From: Tubiluchus corallicola
Lineage: Eukaryota > Animalia > Priapulida
Assembly (NCBI GenBank): GCA_030141605.1
Contig: JAQGDQ010000497.1
Location: forward strand, 62,001-126,000
Direction: 5' to 3'
DNA length: 64,000 nucleotides
Part shown: positions 50,001 through 63,250 of the stretch, one piece after another
How the letters are laid out: every line of letters begins with the position of its first letter
Numbering within the stretch: the first letter of the stretch is position 1
Translations under genes and position numbers: made by a program
The notes under the pieces: model-generated
The model's input: only the letters and a program-made list of their open reading frames with translations
Database searches by the model: none
What the model was told of the DNA's origin: nothing

Positions 50001-51109
50001 AAATTTAAAATACAGTCAAACCTCGCTATAATGGACTTTAAGGGAACGCTCAAAAAGTTCATTACAGCAAGAGTCCATTATACCGAGGGGTACCATATCT
50101 GAGGCCAGACTACCCTACAATAGATACAATAGGATCATAGAAATCAACAGTAAAATGAAATAATGTTTATAATGTTTATAAGCCAAATGGGCCAACTTGC
50201 CGTTATGAACCTTCCCGTAAAGCTGAAGTTGACCTGGATATTTCAGGAAAATTGATTCTCAGAAGTCTACGCTCCGAAAAGAGCAACACAGCACCTACAG
50301 TGTACCAGCATAAACTGCGATCACATGTGGATCCATTATACATGGGTCCATTATAGCAGGGGAGAAAATACACTGGGGAGCAGAAAATGAGTCCATTATA
50401 CTGAAGTCCATTATACAGAGGGGATAAAAACAAAGAAAAACGGGAACGGAGAAAACGTCCATTATATCGAGGGGTCCATTAAACCGAGGGTCCATTATAG
50501 TGAGGTTTGACTGTAGCAGCATTGAATTCTGTCAGACTATTTGGATAGCAGAGATTAAATTTCAAAGTAATTCAATTTTGCTAGTTTAAGCTAAATAGCG
50601 TCACATTAACATTTTACCAGTATATATGAGTAATTTATGACATCATCTTTACCACTTACGAGATAATCTGCCTAAGAGACATGAAAGTAACTGCTAAATC
50701 ACAATTCTTCAAAACCTAAAAACATTACATTTAGCTATAGAATCTTTTTGTGGTTTGTATGATGGTTTGAAGAAACTGCATTAACCAAGGTTAGGTAACC
50801 CACATGAAAATTCATACACCTTTAATTCGAAATAGAATTTTTATTTAACCTTCCAAATATTTGAATATTCAGATGATTCACTCGAAAACTAAGAAATAGA
50901 AAGTTTTGCCTCAATGAGCAAGTGAAATTCCATCCCAATTAGCCAAAATGTATCAAAATTGTGATGTAAAATATTTGTCTGGACGTGGCATACTAAATAT
51001 CCTGGTTTCATATTTTTTGTTTCAGGAAGAGCGGGAATATTACACAAGGATACGGGAAATGTGTTTCGGGATAGAGCCTGTATCTTCCTCACAAGCACTT
51101 GATAGATAA
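44066..51109 (+). CDS. HSPBP1: Hsp70-binding protein 1 (Fes1-like armadillo nucleotide exchange factor), ~347 aa
   Basis: Exons 44066-44248, 46275-46464, 47200-47421, 47953-48108, 49726-49934, 51026-51109. Motifs: SLPGALQFAV, DRQFLMSAL, CENMDLANDFHKLGG, WRTADLIATLAQNN, VRVKALYGLSCLVR, DGFSYLLRAMQ, KVKAAF, CCSPELGL, ending ALDR*. Confidence 0.92.
45565..45948. mobile_element. hAT-like MITE
   Basis: Perfect 8-bp TSD TCTGTCCG on both sides. Ends CAAGCCTGGATC / GATCCGGCCCTG. Confidence 0.8.
46497..46912 (+). mobile_element. LINE 3'-end remnant
   Basis: GPYIWNSI...YKK..KLNLL-like ORF end, AT-rich 3' UTR, AATAAA and a (aatct)n-like tail. Confidence 0.55.
48251..48636. mobile_element. Tc1/mariner-pogo-type MITE, complete copy
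   Basis: TA|CCGTATATACTCGCATATAAGCC...GGCTTATATGCGAGCATATACGG|TA. Confidence 0.85.
49463..49610. mobile_element. Short pogo/Tigger-like MITE
   Basis: CAGTCAAACCTCTTTATA...TTATAACAAAACTTAACTG|TA. Confidence 0.55.
50013..50513. mobile_element. pogo/Tigger-like MITE
   Basis: TA|CAGTCAAACCTCGCTATAATGGAC...GTCCATTATAGTGAGGTTTGACTG|TA, with many internal GTCCATTATA subterminal repeats. Confidence 0.88.
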
Positions 51110-52022
51110 CACAATCTCATTCTGCTGTATGACAATTTATTACAAAAATATCAACATGGCATTTAGATGCCCTTTCAGTCATTGCAGTAATTCATTGGAA
51201 AATGTAAAATACAGTATGTACAATTGCATTTCATCGTGTAGACAGCTAAGGCATCGTTGAATTGTAATTTAAATAGCTTTTACAAACATATTGCAAGGAT
51301 TCTAAAACTTGGCCGTCGTTCATGTAATGCCGCATTTTAAATGTGCATTACTGATAATATAACATTCTTCATCAAATAATGTAGAAAGACATGACACTTA
51401 GAAAATTACAGACCACTGTGTGCTAAGTTCTGCTTTGTGAGTTTGCACTGTTATTATTGCTGTTTAAATGCCTAACACCTAGAAATACTGGCACTAACAT
51501 CTTACATCTACAGACTTTGCTTGCATCTCAAAACAGTATTTGGTCTTACAATGAAGGTTACGCAGTAAGGCTGAAATGGTAAACCTTTTAATCGACCGCT
51601 AACCGGTGTAAGCCTTTAGAAAATCACTACCCAATTAACTGCTACTTTGCCGCTTTTTCTAGGTATCCGCATTACTGAAGCCTTGTATCTTTTCTGAGTT
51701 GGCATACGCAGTTAGCAATGTCCCGCTTACATAAAATTGTGTTATTTACAACATTGTTTCTATTAATCTAGTTGCTTAAGAAGCATCTAAATGATAACTA
51801 TGCTAGATTTGAACCGCACTATTTACTCGTACAAAGAATGAACGAATAAAGGTATGACATCATCAGGAACTGTTAAACAGTTAACCAGCCGCAATTAATA
51901 AGATTTAAACGGTTACTTAGAAAGCCTAACTATCTCAGCCCCATCACGCAGTCATGCAAATGATTTGACTAATGTCTGAACATTGCAATATCCGGCTGAT
52001 GGGTTAAATAAAAACACAGTAA

Positions 52023-55000
52023 TTAATAGTCATCGCTACCTTCCAGCTCCATTGAAGTATCAACAATCATATCACTAGCGTCCATTGTCATCGAATCAGA
52101 AGGCAAGCTCGGATGCGTCATGGTTAACTCAGACTCCTGCGCACTGTCTGATACAACGCTCTTGAAGTGCGGCCCGTCTTTTGGTATCGGAAATTCCTCA
52201 GGACCGTCATCAGACGAATCCAACTCGCTGATTAAATTCTGCATACACTTTTCCAGCATAGTTGTGCTGAACGTATCGTCCCTGCGCAGTCCCAGAGCTT
52301 TGTGAAAATAGTCCACCGCCGACGACATGTTCCCGAGCAAACTGTGCACGTATCCCATTGCCGAGTAGGTTGAAGGATTCTGCGGCGACAAGACCAACGC
52401 TCTTCTGTGGAACTCTAATGCCATATCATACTTCTTTAATTTCCTGCAAGCGTGACCGAGATTGTTTAACAGCGGCTCCCACTTTTCGACAGACACACTT
52501 TGCTGTGCTGCTTTTATGCTCTCTAGAGCATCGCTGAAATGTTTCTCGGCGGATTCGTAGTCGTTGTTCTGATAGGCAATCACACCCATCTCGTGGAGGA
52601 CAAATGGATCGTTTGGAGCAATGGCGAGCGCTTGGCTGAAAAATCGATCAGCTAATTTGGAGTTGTTTGTGAGACCGTACTCCAGCCCTATGTACAACAG
52701 TGGAAGGTGACATCTGAAAGCAAAGCCGCAAAATTGTATCATAGGTGATCTCATTTAGCAGGTATTTTTTACATGAACATTTCGTTTGGCAAACATGCAA
52801 AATTAACAAATTAATGTCCAAATTCTGGTGTATTTACAACAAAAAATGACAGCGTATGTACATGGAAGCATTGATAGACAATTTTTTTCCATCCAATAAC
52901 ATCTGCACTAACATGACGCAGATGATTAATGAACTGTAATGATAGTCGTAACCAGACACTAACTTATTTGGACAAAAGAACAAACTCTATAACAGATTAG
53001 TATACTAATTTGACTAAATTGATTTATAAGGCTTGTGTTACACTTACCCTCTATACTATTGCTTCGAGACAACAAAGCATGCCTTGCAACAAACATAAAT
53101 AATTCACAGACACATTTTGTCACGTGTGTATGTGGCTCGGATAGTGCATTTAGTGACTCTTGAAAATTGAACAGATCTTCAAAAGTTTTGTAATTAAAGA
53201 TTTTAGCAGGCAGTACTAGATAATTAAAGGTAATATAATTAAAAATTGAAAGCAATAAATCACAAAGTAAACTACGTGTACTTTTTTCGTCAATGTAATC
53301 TGTAATAATGTTATTATAATAGTGTTTTCAGAAATAATTTATTTGGAATATTAGTTTAAGTTTATTTATTTCCACTCTGCATCTAACAATTATAATAAAA
53401 ATACAGATAATTTCACTGAAGTAAAAATAAATATAAATGCAATATTATCCAGAAATTACAAAATGCAGCATATACATGTGCAAATTACATTACAGAATAA
53501 TTTTGATGCATACAGTTTGAGCCTAAAAGCATACCTTGACAGGCCAAACTGTACGTGGAAATCTTGAAAAAAAATGATTTATAATTGAAATAATGATAAT
53601 ACATACATAAAAGTGGGGGGGAGTAGTGAATGAAAGATGAAATGGAGCGAGAACTAAGAAAAACTGTGATCATGATTATAAAGTGTTCAGTAACCTATTG
53701 AGCATAGTCACGATATATTAACATTACTGTGGAAAAAGAATGCAGGTGATTACCGCTATCAAATTGTGACTTAAAAATTATTATTTTATTATTAAAAGTT
53801 TATCATTATAAACCAACTTTAAGCTATGAAGAATTACCCCTTCATCAGCGTGGAAGCCTTGAAATATGCAGCCATAGCCTGGTCATGTTCATTTTCCACA
53901 GCAAACGAATGTCCGTATGCCAACCATGCGGGGCCGTACACACGGTCAAGTGTGGTAGCTTTACTCAAGTACTGTCGGGCGGCATCATTCTTCTTTACTA
54001 ATAGATAATAGCATCCAACAGCGAACCAAGCCACCTAAAAATAATACGAGTTTAGTTAGTTGTTTAGTTATTCTTACAAATTAAGCCAGTTAAAACAACA
54101 CACTTAAAGTATAAAACATAACCTATGATGGGCAATTAAAATAGAAAAAAGCCTTTTCACAGTTCCAGCAATTGACGATGATCGTGAAAAGGTCAAACGT
54201 TAAGTGTACTAGACAACGCACATGTGCACGTTTAACAACACCTCACAGCCCAAGCGTTGTAAAAGTAAGACTTTTAACAGCTAGCTAGAATCCTACCTAG
54301 TTCATTTCTTCTTGTTCCCAAGCAAGATCCTGCTAGTAAATCAATCTACGTACAGACAATTCCACATAAAACAAGTGAAGTTACTGAACTGATGTGGCAG
54401 ATGGCATCGCTATACACATATGTCACGTGACGTTTGTAGTTAAGACACATTGCTGTGGTACACTTAATCTTTGACCTGCAGCAACTGCACGTGCGCGCAT
54501 CAAAACTGTAAAAAGGCTTATGGGATGAAAATATATATTCACACCTTTTACATGGAAATCTCAATAAAGGTTTAATAATGGACCAACAAAACTCAAATAA
54601 ACCAACTTCTTTGCAAACTTTGATGAGGAATATCATTGATATTGAGCTACGTTCCAGTCTCGCCACAGTCATTTCCATTAAACGTGCTCTGCCATTGAAT
54701 GTTGGGCACTAGTCCCAGTATGCCAAATAGTATAGACATAAAACTTAAATTATAATTTCCAAATTATTACAGTCCGGTAATTCTTATTAAAAAAATGGGT
54801 CGCCAACGGGAGCCATTTTGTAATATAATTTTATGGGCCACTCTTAGGCAAGCAATGGGTGCCATGCTTTTGCTTTAAGCAAAAACTGCATTTAACTGTG
54901 CGACACGCACATGAAGTACTGAACAATAATGCAGGCTGGCAATCGTTGCACAGAACGACATTTAAAATTGTGCATCTGGTACAAACTTATAATAAAGTTT

Positions 55001-58000
55001 TTATAAGAAAAAATTTACTAGATACAGTCGACCCCGCGTTAAATCGGACCCCGTTAGCCCGGATATCGGATAAGACGGACGTCATCCGTGGTAAAGGAAA
55101 CTGACCGATTTCCGTCCGAGCCGGAGTGCTAAACACATGGCCTACCAACTGTACAATAATTTCTTTATCCTCACAGGTTAACTATTTTAAAGTAATATAC
55201 AGTATAGTATATAGTGCAATGTATATAGGCCTTATTAAGGTGATTATTCATGTATAATATAGACCATATATAGGCATATTGGATAAATCGGACAATCGGC
55301 TAAACCGGACCCCCCTCCTCCCATTAGTCCGGTTTAAACGAGGGTTGACTGTACTCAAACAACTGTAACTCTACTTATAAACGAGAAACTTACTGGTTTG
55401 TCAGGATAAAAATCAACAAGTTTATGAGCAAGATAAAATAACTCGTTTGACTTTTTCAATTCTACTAAACATGATATATGCACTGGCAAACAGTCACTGT
55501 GAAATGGATCTTTGGTCAGCACCTGCGACGTAATCTGATAGCATTCTCGGAATTCGCAATTATAATAATGCCTTTCTGCTAAGCTCACTACCACATCCAA
55601 GTTCTCGTTTAGCTGCGGGAGATTGTCTGGTGCTTTTAAGCTCGACGGTTTACTGTACTTTTTCAACTTTGATCCGTAAAAAAATTGCACTAGTTCCATT
55701 TCTTCGGGACATTGCTTGCTAAATGGTAAAGAGTCTAACAGCTCCTGTTCTTCGGACACAAACATCATGTGATGCTGCACTAGCAAATCGAATGCCTCGT
55801 AACAAAACACGTCCTGTCGTAGTGCATTCGTATAGCACTGCACGGCTAAAGTTCTGTTATCCATGGCTTCGTATATTTTGCCTTTGAGAAGGCTGAGATT
55901 GCTCTCCTCTGGTAATCCACAACTGTCTGAAGTTTTGTCCGCTGTGCTGCCGTCATTCTTCCACGGTGTTTTGTGCTTTGTTTTACTATCTTCCCATTCT
56001 AACAAATCCAGAGCTTCCTGTAGATAATAAACAGTAAGCATAGCAGTCAACAGGCGGATTTCAATTAAAATGTTGTTGAACATTGTTGCTATTGCAGCCT
56101 GCTCAATTTGGTTTTGTATTTCCTGACCCAATGTGAATTTTCTAACAAACAGGCCAATACAGTCTAGCCTCGTTATCTCGCCCCTCGTTATGCCGCCAAA
56201 CTCGTCTCTCGCCATAGAAAGTACCAGGACGGATTTCCTGCTTTGATATTTACCTCGTTAAGTCGCCACCCTCGCCACGTAATGCTAGGATGAGTGCTTA
56301 TGTAAACTATATTCGTTATGTCGCCAAACAGACAAACTCAGAGGTGAATCGATCAATACATATACCTCGTGTCGATCAATATAACCGCAGTATGTAGACA
56401 ATGCTGCTGTACTCGATAGACAGACATAATTAATCTAGTGTGTGTCTCACCAGGATTAGATTAGGAGTGCTGTGGTTGGTTAATGCGCAGAGAAACTAAA
56501 GCGTCACCGATATCCTTACTCTATAACGCCAAAGCTGCATTTAAGTTTGAGTTTCCACAAAGTGTGAGCAACTTTACGTTATGTCTCTGAAGCGAAAACT
56601 GTTTTCTCTTAATCCTGAACAAAAAAAGGAAATTCATTTCTGATTTAATGTTGATTGGTATCATAATGCGAAATATATTTTATATGTACATAGAGGAACA
56701 CTATGTTAATCAACTATTATGTACAGTATGTATATACATATAGACTAACTTCGTTATATTCCCGTTATATTCGTTAGACTCTCGCCATACTCGCCTTTCG
56801 CCAAAAATTTGCCCTAGACGGACAGTGGCGAGATAACGAGGCTAGACTGTAATTTAAAACATTACCATACATAGTAAACATGTATAAAATATCCCTTTCT
56901 CATGGCTAATTTAATATCTTAAATATTTAAAGCCAAACCAGATAAGAGAACAGTTTTAACAGAATTATAATAAACCACACAAACCTGTAAATTCAGTGTT
57001 ACCTGTAGAATCTGCATCTGTACCAGACAAAACAAGAAAAGGAAGAAACAGAATTCATTTATGCCTACTAAAATTATGACTCTACTTCCATCTATGGTAA
57101 TAATTCTGAGAAAAACGTTTTGAAGCCTACACTTTTAAAAAGTTGCCTTAAAATTAGTAATTTGTTAACACGTTTGTAATCCATATTCCTTAAATACAAT
57201 GTTTTTACATTTTTGGTATCTGCAGTAGTATTTTAGGTGTCACACACAATTTTAGCCTTTCGCAAGAAACAGTATAGAAAACAACCCACATTATTATTAT
57301 GTATTGTACAATACTTATTATTATAATGAAATTGTACAAGTTTTTAACTTTAGTAGATACTCAAGTAATTATGACAAGTTTCCTACAAGTGCAAACCATG
57401 ACATAGCTGGACTAATCACATTAGTTGATACATACTATATGCCAAGATATATGAGAATGGGTTATATTGTAACTCACACAAATGCTATAAACTAATTAAT
57501 AGTCAACTCACATTGCCAGGTATCTTACCAATTATCTTACTGTTCAATACAGTTCTAATAAAGTAAGCAATTTTTAAAAAATGTGACAATATAAAATTAC
57601 TTGAAATTCCTTGGCTTCATAGTGACATTTTGCAGCAAGAAAACGACACTCAATATTTGACTGATATAACAAGCGACTTTCTATGCAGTGGGCTGCTCGA
57701 TGATATTGACCTGAAACAGAATAGAAACAAAGTGAAATGTATGTTGTGTATGTGTTATCAGATCCGTTAAAGTTGAAAGAACAAACTATAATTAATAGAA
57801 CCAAGGATGTCTTAGACTTTAATTGCAAGTGTCCAGTTATAACTATATCACAACTAGTCACTTATATGAGGTGGCAAATTTCAGTAGTTTGATCACAGTA
57901 GCTCTTCCAATCTGACTACATTACACTGGTTACAGATATCATTTAAAAAGGCGAGTATTCGTATAGTAGTAAGCTTATTTGCTAATTTTAGCATGTTTTC

Positions 58001-58192
58001 AAATTTCAACTTACCGCTCATGTATAAACACTGCGCTAACCAATAAACATCCTCGGCATTTGCATCAGAAAGAGAAACTACTTTATCAGCCCAAAAGATT
58101 GCACTTCGGAATTGGTGCTTTTCTATGTAGCTTTTAACTAAGTAACGAAATTTTTCTAAATTTACTGGAACTGAAACAGTTTCCCCTGCCAT
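52023..58192 (-). CDS. CDC16: Cell division cycle protein 16 / APC6 (TPR subunit of APC/C), ~599 aa
   Basis: Exons 58192-58015, 57710-57601, 56017-55394, 54034-53838, 52713-52023. Motifs: SAIFWADKV, YWLAQCLY, ELFYLAHKLVD, WFAVGCYY, AWLAYGHSFAVENEHDQAMAAY, CHLPLLYIGLEY, WEPLLNNLGH. Confidence 0.95.
55025..55351. mobile_element. pogo/Tigger-like MITE
   Basis: TA|CAGTCGACCCCGCGTTAAATCGGAC...GTCCGGTTTAAACGAGGGTTGACTG|TA. Confidence 0.85.
56160..56849. mobile_element. pogo/Tigger-like MITE
   Basis: Perfect 23-bp TIR TA|CAGTCTAGCCTCGTTATCTCGCC...GGCGAGATAACGAGGCTAGACTG|TA. Confidence 0.9.
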
Positions 58193-58199
58193 TTTTTAT

Positions 58200-58320
58200 G
58201 CAATAGAAGAAATCTTTTCTGTCTGTGTGCGTTCTGCATACGGTGCATTCTTCACGCAGCACGGCGTGTGTTGTAACTGTTGTTACGTGCATCAACAATG
58301 CACGGTGCATGGATTTTTTT
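58200..58320. promoter_or_regulatory. Probable bidirectional promoter for CDC16 and MTFP1
   Basis: CpG-rich patch just upstream of the CDC16 ATG with repeated (GC)ACGGTGCAT-like motifs. The two ATGs are ~950 bp apart. Confidence 0.45.
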
Positions 58321-58694
58321 AATTTTATTAAATTTTATAACGCTAAACGTATTATACTTATGTGTAAATGATTCGAAGTACACAGTTATACAAGGTTTAG
58401 TCAAAATTCATTTCAACTAAGCTTTAAATGTTTTAAAGAAGAAGATGTAGGCCTTTTCCACACATAGTAATTTCAATCTACTGTTATCCAGTGTCTCCTC
58501 TGCCAAGTTCAACTTCATCTGATATACAGTGAGTTGGTGTCAGATCATACATGCAATAAATTGGAATAAACATTGTTTTGAAAGCTTGGATAAGCTTGAG
58601 TTGTAGACAAACTGCCTTGGTTTACCTAAATTTTCATATCTAAAATATAGAGGTTGACAATATTGACAAGTAATAATAGTTCACTCTGTAATTA

Positions 58695-58900
58695 TTGGGA
58701 CACATTACAAGATCAATTCTATAAAAGTGCAAAAGTAGTACTAGCAGTATACCAGAAAGTCCACACTGTACTATTAAGACACAGCATAAGATCAGTTCTG
58801 CGAAAGTATGAAAGCAGTAGCATATTAGAAAGTCCACACTGTAGGATACTATTAGGACGCAGTACAAAATCAATTCTGTAAAAGGGCAAAAGTAGTACTA
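58695..58900. repeat. Degenerate tandem repeat (~80 bp x2.5)
   Basis: aagatcaattct...aaagtagta...agaaagtccacactgta...ctatta recurs. Confidence 0.65.
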
Positions 58901-59140
58901 TGTTTGAAAATGAGAAAAAATTCCAATGGGACTCGAACTCATGACCTGCTTTCTGGCAGTTATGCTAACCATTATACTAGAGAGGCACTGATTTTTCAGG
59001 ATTCGGGATACACTATAAGCCAGTAAACCGAAGGCCAGCGTGAAACTCACCAAACCAATTCTCTTCGCTGTTCATAGCACTTAAGTTAGATTGAGCAGTG
59101 TAGTCAATGAATTTTTTTAACAATTTTAGGCTGAGTGTAT

Positions 59141-61772
59141 ATGGCTGAAAATGAAGTGAAGCCAAACTTTGATTCAAAGAAGGTGGACATCTTTCGCGAC
59201 ACATTTGTGAGATATTTTGGTAAGTGGCAAAGTGCCTAAGAGGTACCTTATGTAATTAATTAAGTAACAAAATAAATTTTCCAAGTAAGCTGTGTGAGAC
59301 ATTAATATCTCCTTTTTTCTTCCTTATGAATCATACTACATACTTTACTTAACATAGAACGGTGTGACTTGCAGCATGGATTTGGTCAAACCTACTGATC
59401 ACTATCTACAAAAAAATTATCTAACATATGAAAATCTAACTGACAGATTTTTGCTGATCCCCTGCTCTATAAGACTGTATTTCTCTCAAATTATCAACTA
59501 GACTATAAATTTTAAGCACTATGTAGCAAAGTACTTGTGTGCCAACATGTATTTATAAATTAAACTGGGTGTAAACAAATGATTATTGTACTAACTTTTC
59601 ATATTAGCTGGAATTAACCATATCACTCGTTAGATTATGATTTTGACTGCTAGAAGTGAATAGAGTTGTTGCAGTTTGTGTATAACAGGGCCGTAGTCGG
59701 CTTTTGAAAAGTGGTCCGGCCACAGATACGGAGCAGGTAGAAAAAGAATACAGCAGCAACATATAGAAGAGTATATTATAATTTATAATACAGAGTTATA
59801 ATATAATAGAGCACTACACATACTCAATGATGACATGATTGATTAAAACTTCCCAAACACACATCTGCGCCGCTCATTTCTAGCAGTAAACTCGTTCGCA
59901 ATTTCCTTCGGGTCGAGAGCGTCTGTTCTGTCCATATGTACATGCAAAGTCATGAGATTGTTCAGTCTAGTTTGAGTCATCGTACTCCGCAAATAAGTTT
60001 TTACTCTACGTAGGGCTGAGAATGTCTAGGCACGTATGGCAGAAAAAGTGGTCCGGCCATGGCCGGACCGCCGACTACGGCCTTGTATAAGCAACTACTA
60101 AACCTAGGTCCTAGTCTTCAGCTAATGAACAAAGAAATGGAATGCTAAACAGTTGTAAGCTATTCAGTTCAAATTTTCTCAGAATGGTAACTAACTGTGC
60201 GAATATTTTCTTAGTTTCTTGTTCATCCTTACCAAAATATTTTTCTCAGGCGTAATAGTAAGAGCAAAACTCTAGCGACTAATGCACTTAATCTCTCTTA
60301 TATTACTTGATGACTGAATTGAACTGTATTTGCTATAAGTTGTGTTCTGCCTGCTTGATTTAAAAAGATAATTTAATTCACACTGCATTTTATACATCTA
60401 GGTTACGCTAATGAAGTGGGTGAATCGTTCAGATCTTTGGTTCCTGTATCAGTTGTACACTTCAGCTATGCAGTTTCAAGTGGTTACGTAATAGCAGATG
60501 CATTTCATAAGGGCAATGAAGCCAGAATTGTAAGTAAAAGTCGCGTTTAACAAAGTAAGTGATCAAGTAATATGTACATTGCATTGTACAATTATTACAA
60601 AGTAGCAATTTTTATCGATGGTATTGTTACTCACAATTGTGTTTTTTGTCTGTGTTTTGACTGTGCTTTATGTTTTAAGTTTTTGTATACTGTACAACTA
60701 AACGGTTACTATCTGACTTACAATGTACCTGATTCTCACTGCAAAAGATGCAGTGCAAATTCTGTCAACGCTGAGACAACCTGTTTTTTTGAAATCCATA
60801 TTAATTTGCTACAGCCAAAATAATTTTGTTGATGTGGTCGGATATATACATAGCTGTGTCATTTGAGAATTGCTGTGTATTCAGGTTAATAAACTCTGCT
60901 TGCAGTCTAGCTACATCTAGCTTGCGTATACGATATCTTCAGTCAGTGCCACATCTGCAAACCTCCTACTGGCAACGGGGGTTGATAAAGTGTGTTGATG
61001 ATAGTTTGATAAACTTTGGCTGCAATTGTAGTCCTTCTACTTCTACATATATCGTATAATATACTATATCGACTCACTCCTGACTGGCAGTTTATACTGT
61101 TATTGCAGATTAAGGAATGTGTTAATTCACCTAAGAATTTTTCTATTGTGTTCAGATGTAAAAAGGTTAAAATGTAAAAGTTTATACCTAATGCTGCTTG
61201 CGCTTCATATATGCGTTTTGATTGGCAAAGGACCAAGAATGTTATTCACATGAACTGCAAGCACGGAAACTGGACCGAATGCATTATCAATGTTTGTCAG
61301 ATTCATGCCTAATATGCATACTACATCAGAGATTATGTCCTGAATAATATTTAGCTGGTCTTAGGATGTCTTTAATAATTACGCTAGTTCATTCCGTGTT
61401 TTTTCATTCCAGGCACAATATCCTCACAAAGCTTACCGCACAAAAAAGATCATACATGCCGTCCTTGACACAATGATATGGCAAGGCCTAGCTTCTGTCA
61501 TCATACCAGGCTTTACAATCAATCGAATATGTGCTTTCAGTGGTTTCATTTTGCGCAGAACAACCTCTCTTGGTCCTCATGTCAGAAAATGGACTACCAC
61601 CGGCATCGGCCTTGCTGCAATACCATTCATAATAAAGCCCATTGATAGATCAGTGGACTATGGCATGAACAGGACGCTACGGAAGTGGTACGAAATAGGT
61701 CCCGTTGAAGTGAAAGTTGTACATCATACAAGAGAGTGTGAAACGCCTGTTGATCTACTCAAAGACGATTAA
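59141..61772 (+). CDS. MTFP1: Mitochondrial fission process protein 1 (MTP18), ~188 aa
   Basis: Exons 59141-59219, 60402-60529, 61413-61772. Motifs: DIFRDTFVRYFGYANEVGESFRSLVP, YVIADA, DTMIWQGLASVIIPGFTINRIC, IPFIIKPIDRSVD. Confidence 0.95.
59686..60085 (-). mobile_element. Internally deleted hAT transposon keeping the transposase C-terminal dimerisation segment
   Basis: TIRs CAGGGCCGTAGTCGG / CCGACTACGGCCTTG. The minus strand encodes FSALRRVKTYLRSTMTQTRLNNLMTLHVH. Confidence 0.85.
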
Positions 61773-62900
61773 CAGATTTTTTATGTTTTTGTTACATTAT
61801 TTTTGTGCCTTTATTTTTAGTTGCACTTGACAGACACTAGTGTGCCAAAAGTCTAGTTAATTTATTGTGCATAATGCTGCATGGTGCTTGTTTGCTGTGT
61901 TATCTTTTAGTAATAATAATTCAGTAACATTGTTTGCCTATCAGCTATTTTTAGATAATCATATTTACAGAATGTGATAGTTCGTTCAATTGTGCCGAGA
62001 GCTAGTCAACACGACATGGATTTATTCTTTGTGTTAGTATATGAAAAGTGTGAATTTTTAATCATCTAGTGCTTATTCCAGTTGTGATATGACTTTTTAT
62101 TTCTCTCACTTCACTGATTTTAGTGAAACTTTATAGTCGTTTTAAATAGTCAGTTAGGTAAAAGCAGCATGCTAAATAATCTAGTCTGTTATTTTTTTTT
62201 GCACCAAGAAAGGATTTTTAGCAATTGTTTTTATTTTTATAGCGGAAATAAATTCATTATTAGGACTATAAGTTAAGGTACCTTTTCCTAACTCACACAC
62301 TGGTTTATCTTCAAGATTCATTCAAGTATAAGTAAAATACAGTCGTAGTTTACTTAAAATTTTATCAAGTATTTCATAATTTAGTACAGCCTTTTCAAAT
62401 AATCAGACACTGGGCTAAGATTGGATACAGTGCTCAAAATTTAGAAAAGTACTAAGTACTCAATTTCAAAAAATCTATTCTAGATTGTGTCTCATAATTG
62501 TAGTTAAAGTCATATGAGTTCTTCCAGTTGTTAACATGGAAATGTGAGAAATCGTGATAATATCTGTCTTAAATATGCGACTGGCAGTAAATGTTTAACT
62601 TTACGAAACAATTGTACTCTTTAAAGCATAGGTATTAGAATTATAGGTATTATACGGTATATTACACTGTACTGGCACGGTGGATGAATGTTCTGCACTT
62701 GAACTTTTCATTATAATTATCGAGTCAAACAGTTTGTTATGAACAGATAGCTTATCCGTTAAAAATTATTAGCTTTTGTCATGTCGATTTTCAGCAGTTG
62801 CACATTGCCTTGCTACACAGCATAGTCGCATTTAAAATGCACAAACAGAAATTGTACAGACTGATTAGTGTTAACACATCATACCTCCAGTGATAATTAT

Positions 62901-63250
62901 TGGGGGTGAGCATCGAACGTTCAACTTCGATTCAAACAATTTTTTTTAGTTCGAATGCGATTCAAACCTAAAATTATAGATTTGAATAATTCAGCACTTC
63001 AACCAAACATCGTGCAATTAGCAAAATTTAGCTGTGATTTCTCCGCACAATTTTTAAACATATTATTAGTGGTTTTACTGCAGAACAAAATCGAGTAATA
63101 AGCATGATCTTTATAAAAAAAGTGTTTATAGTGGTTCGGAAATCTTTCAATCTCAATTCAAATTCAAAATACTGAAATTTAGTTCGAATCGAATTCGAAA
63201 GTCATAAATTCGATTTGAATTCACTTTCTGGTAGAGAATGCTCACCCCTA
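62901..63250. mobile_element. hAT-like MITE
   Basis: Ends GGGGTGAGCAT / ATGCTCACCCC, with multiple subterminal TTCGAA repeats. Confidence 0.7.

Noticed and set aside
56018-56215. N-terminal part of the 286-aa ORF as CDC16 coding sequence
   Set aside because: Intronic read-through that starts inside a MITE TIR. The real exon begins at the acceptor at 56017.
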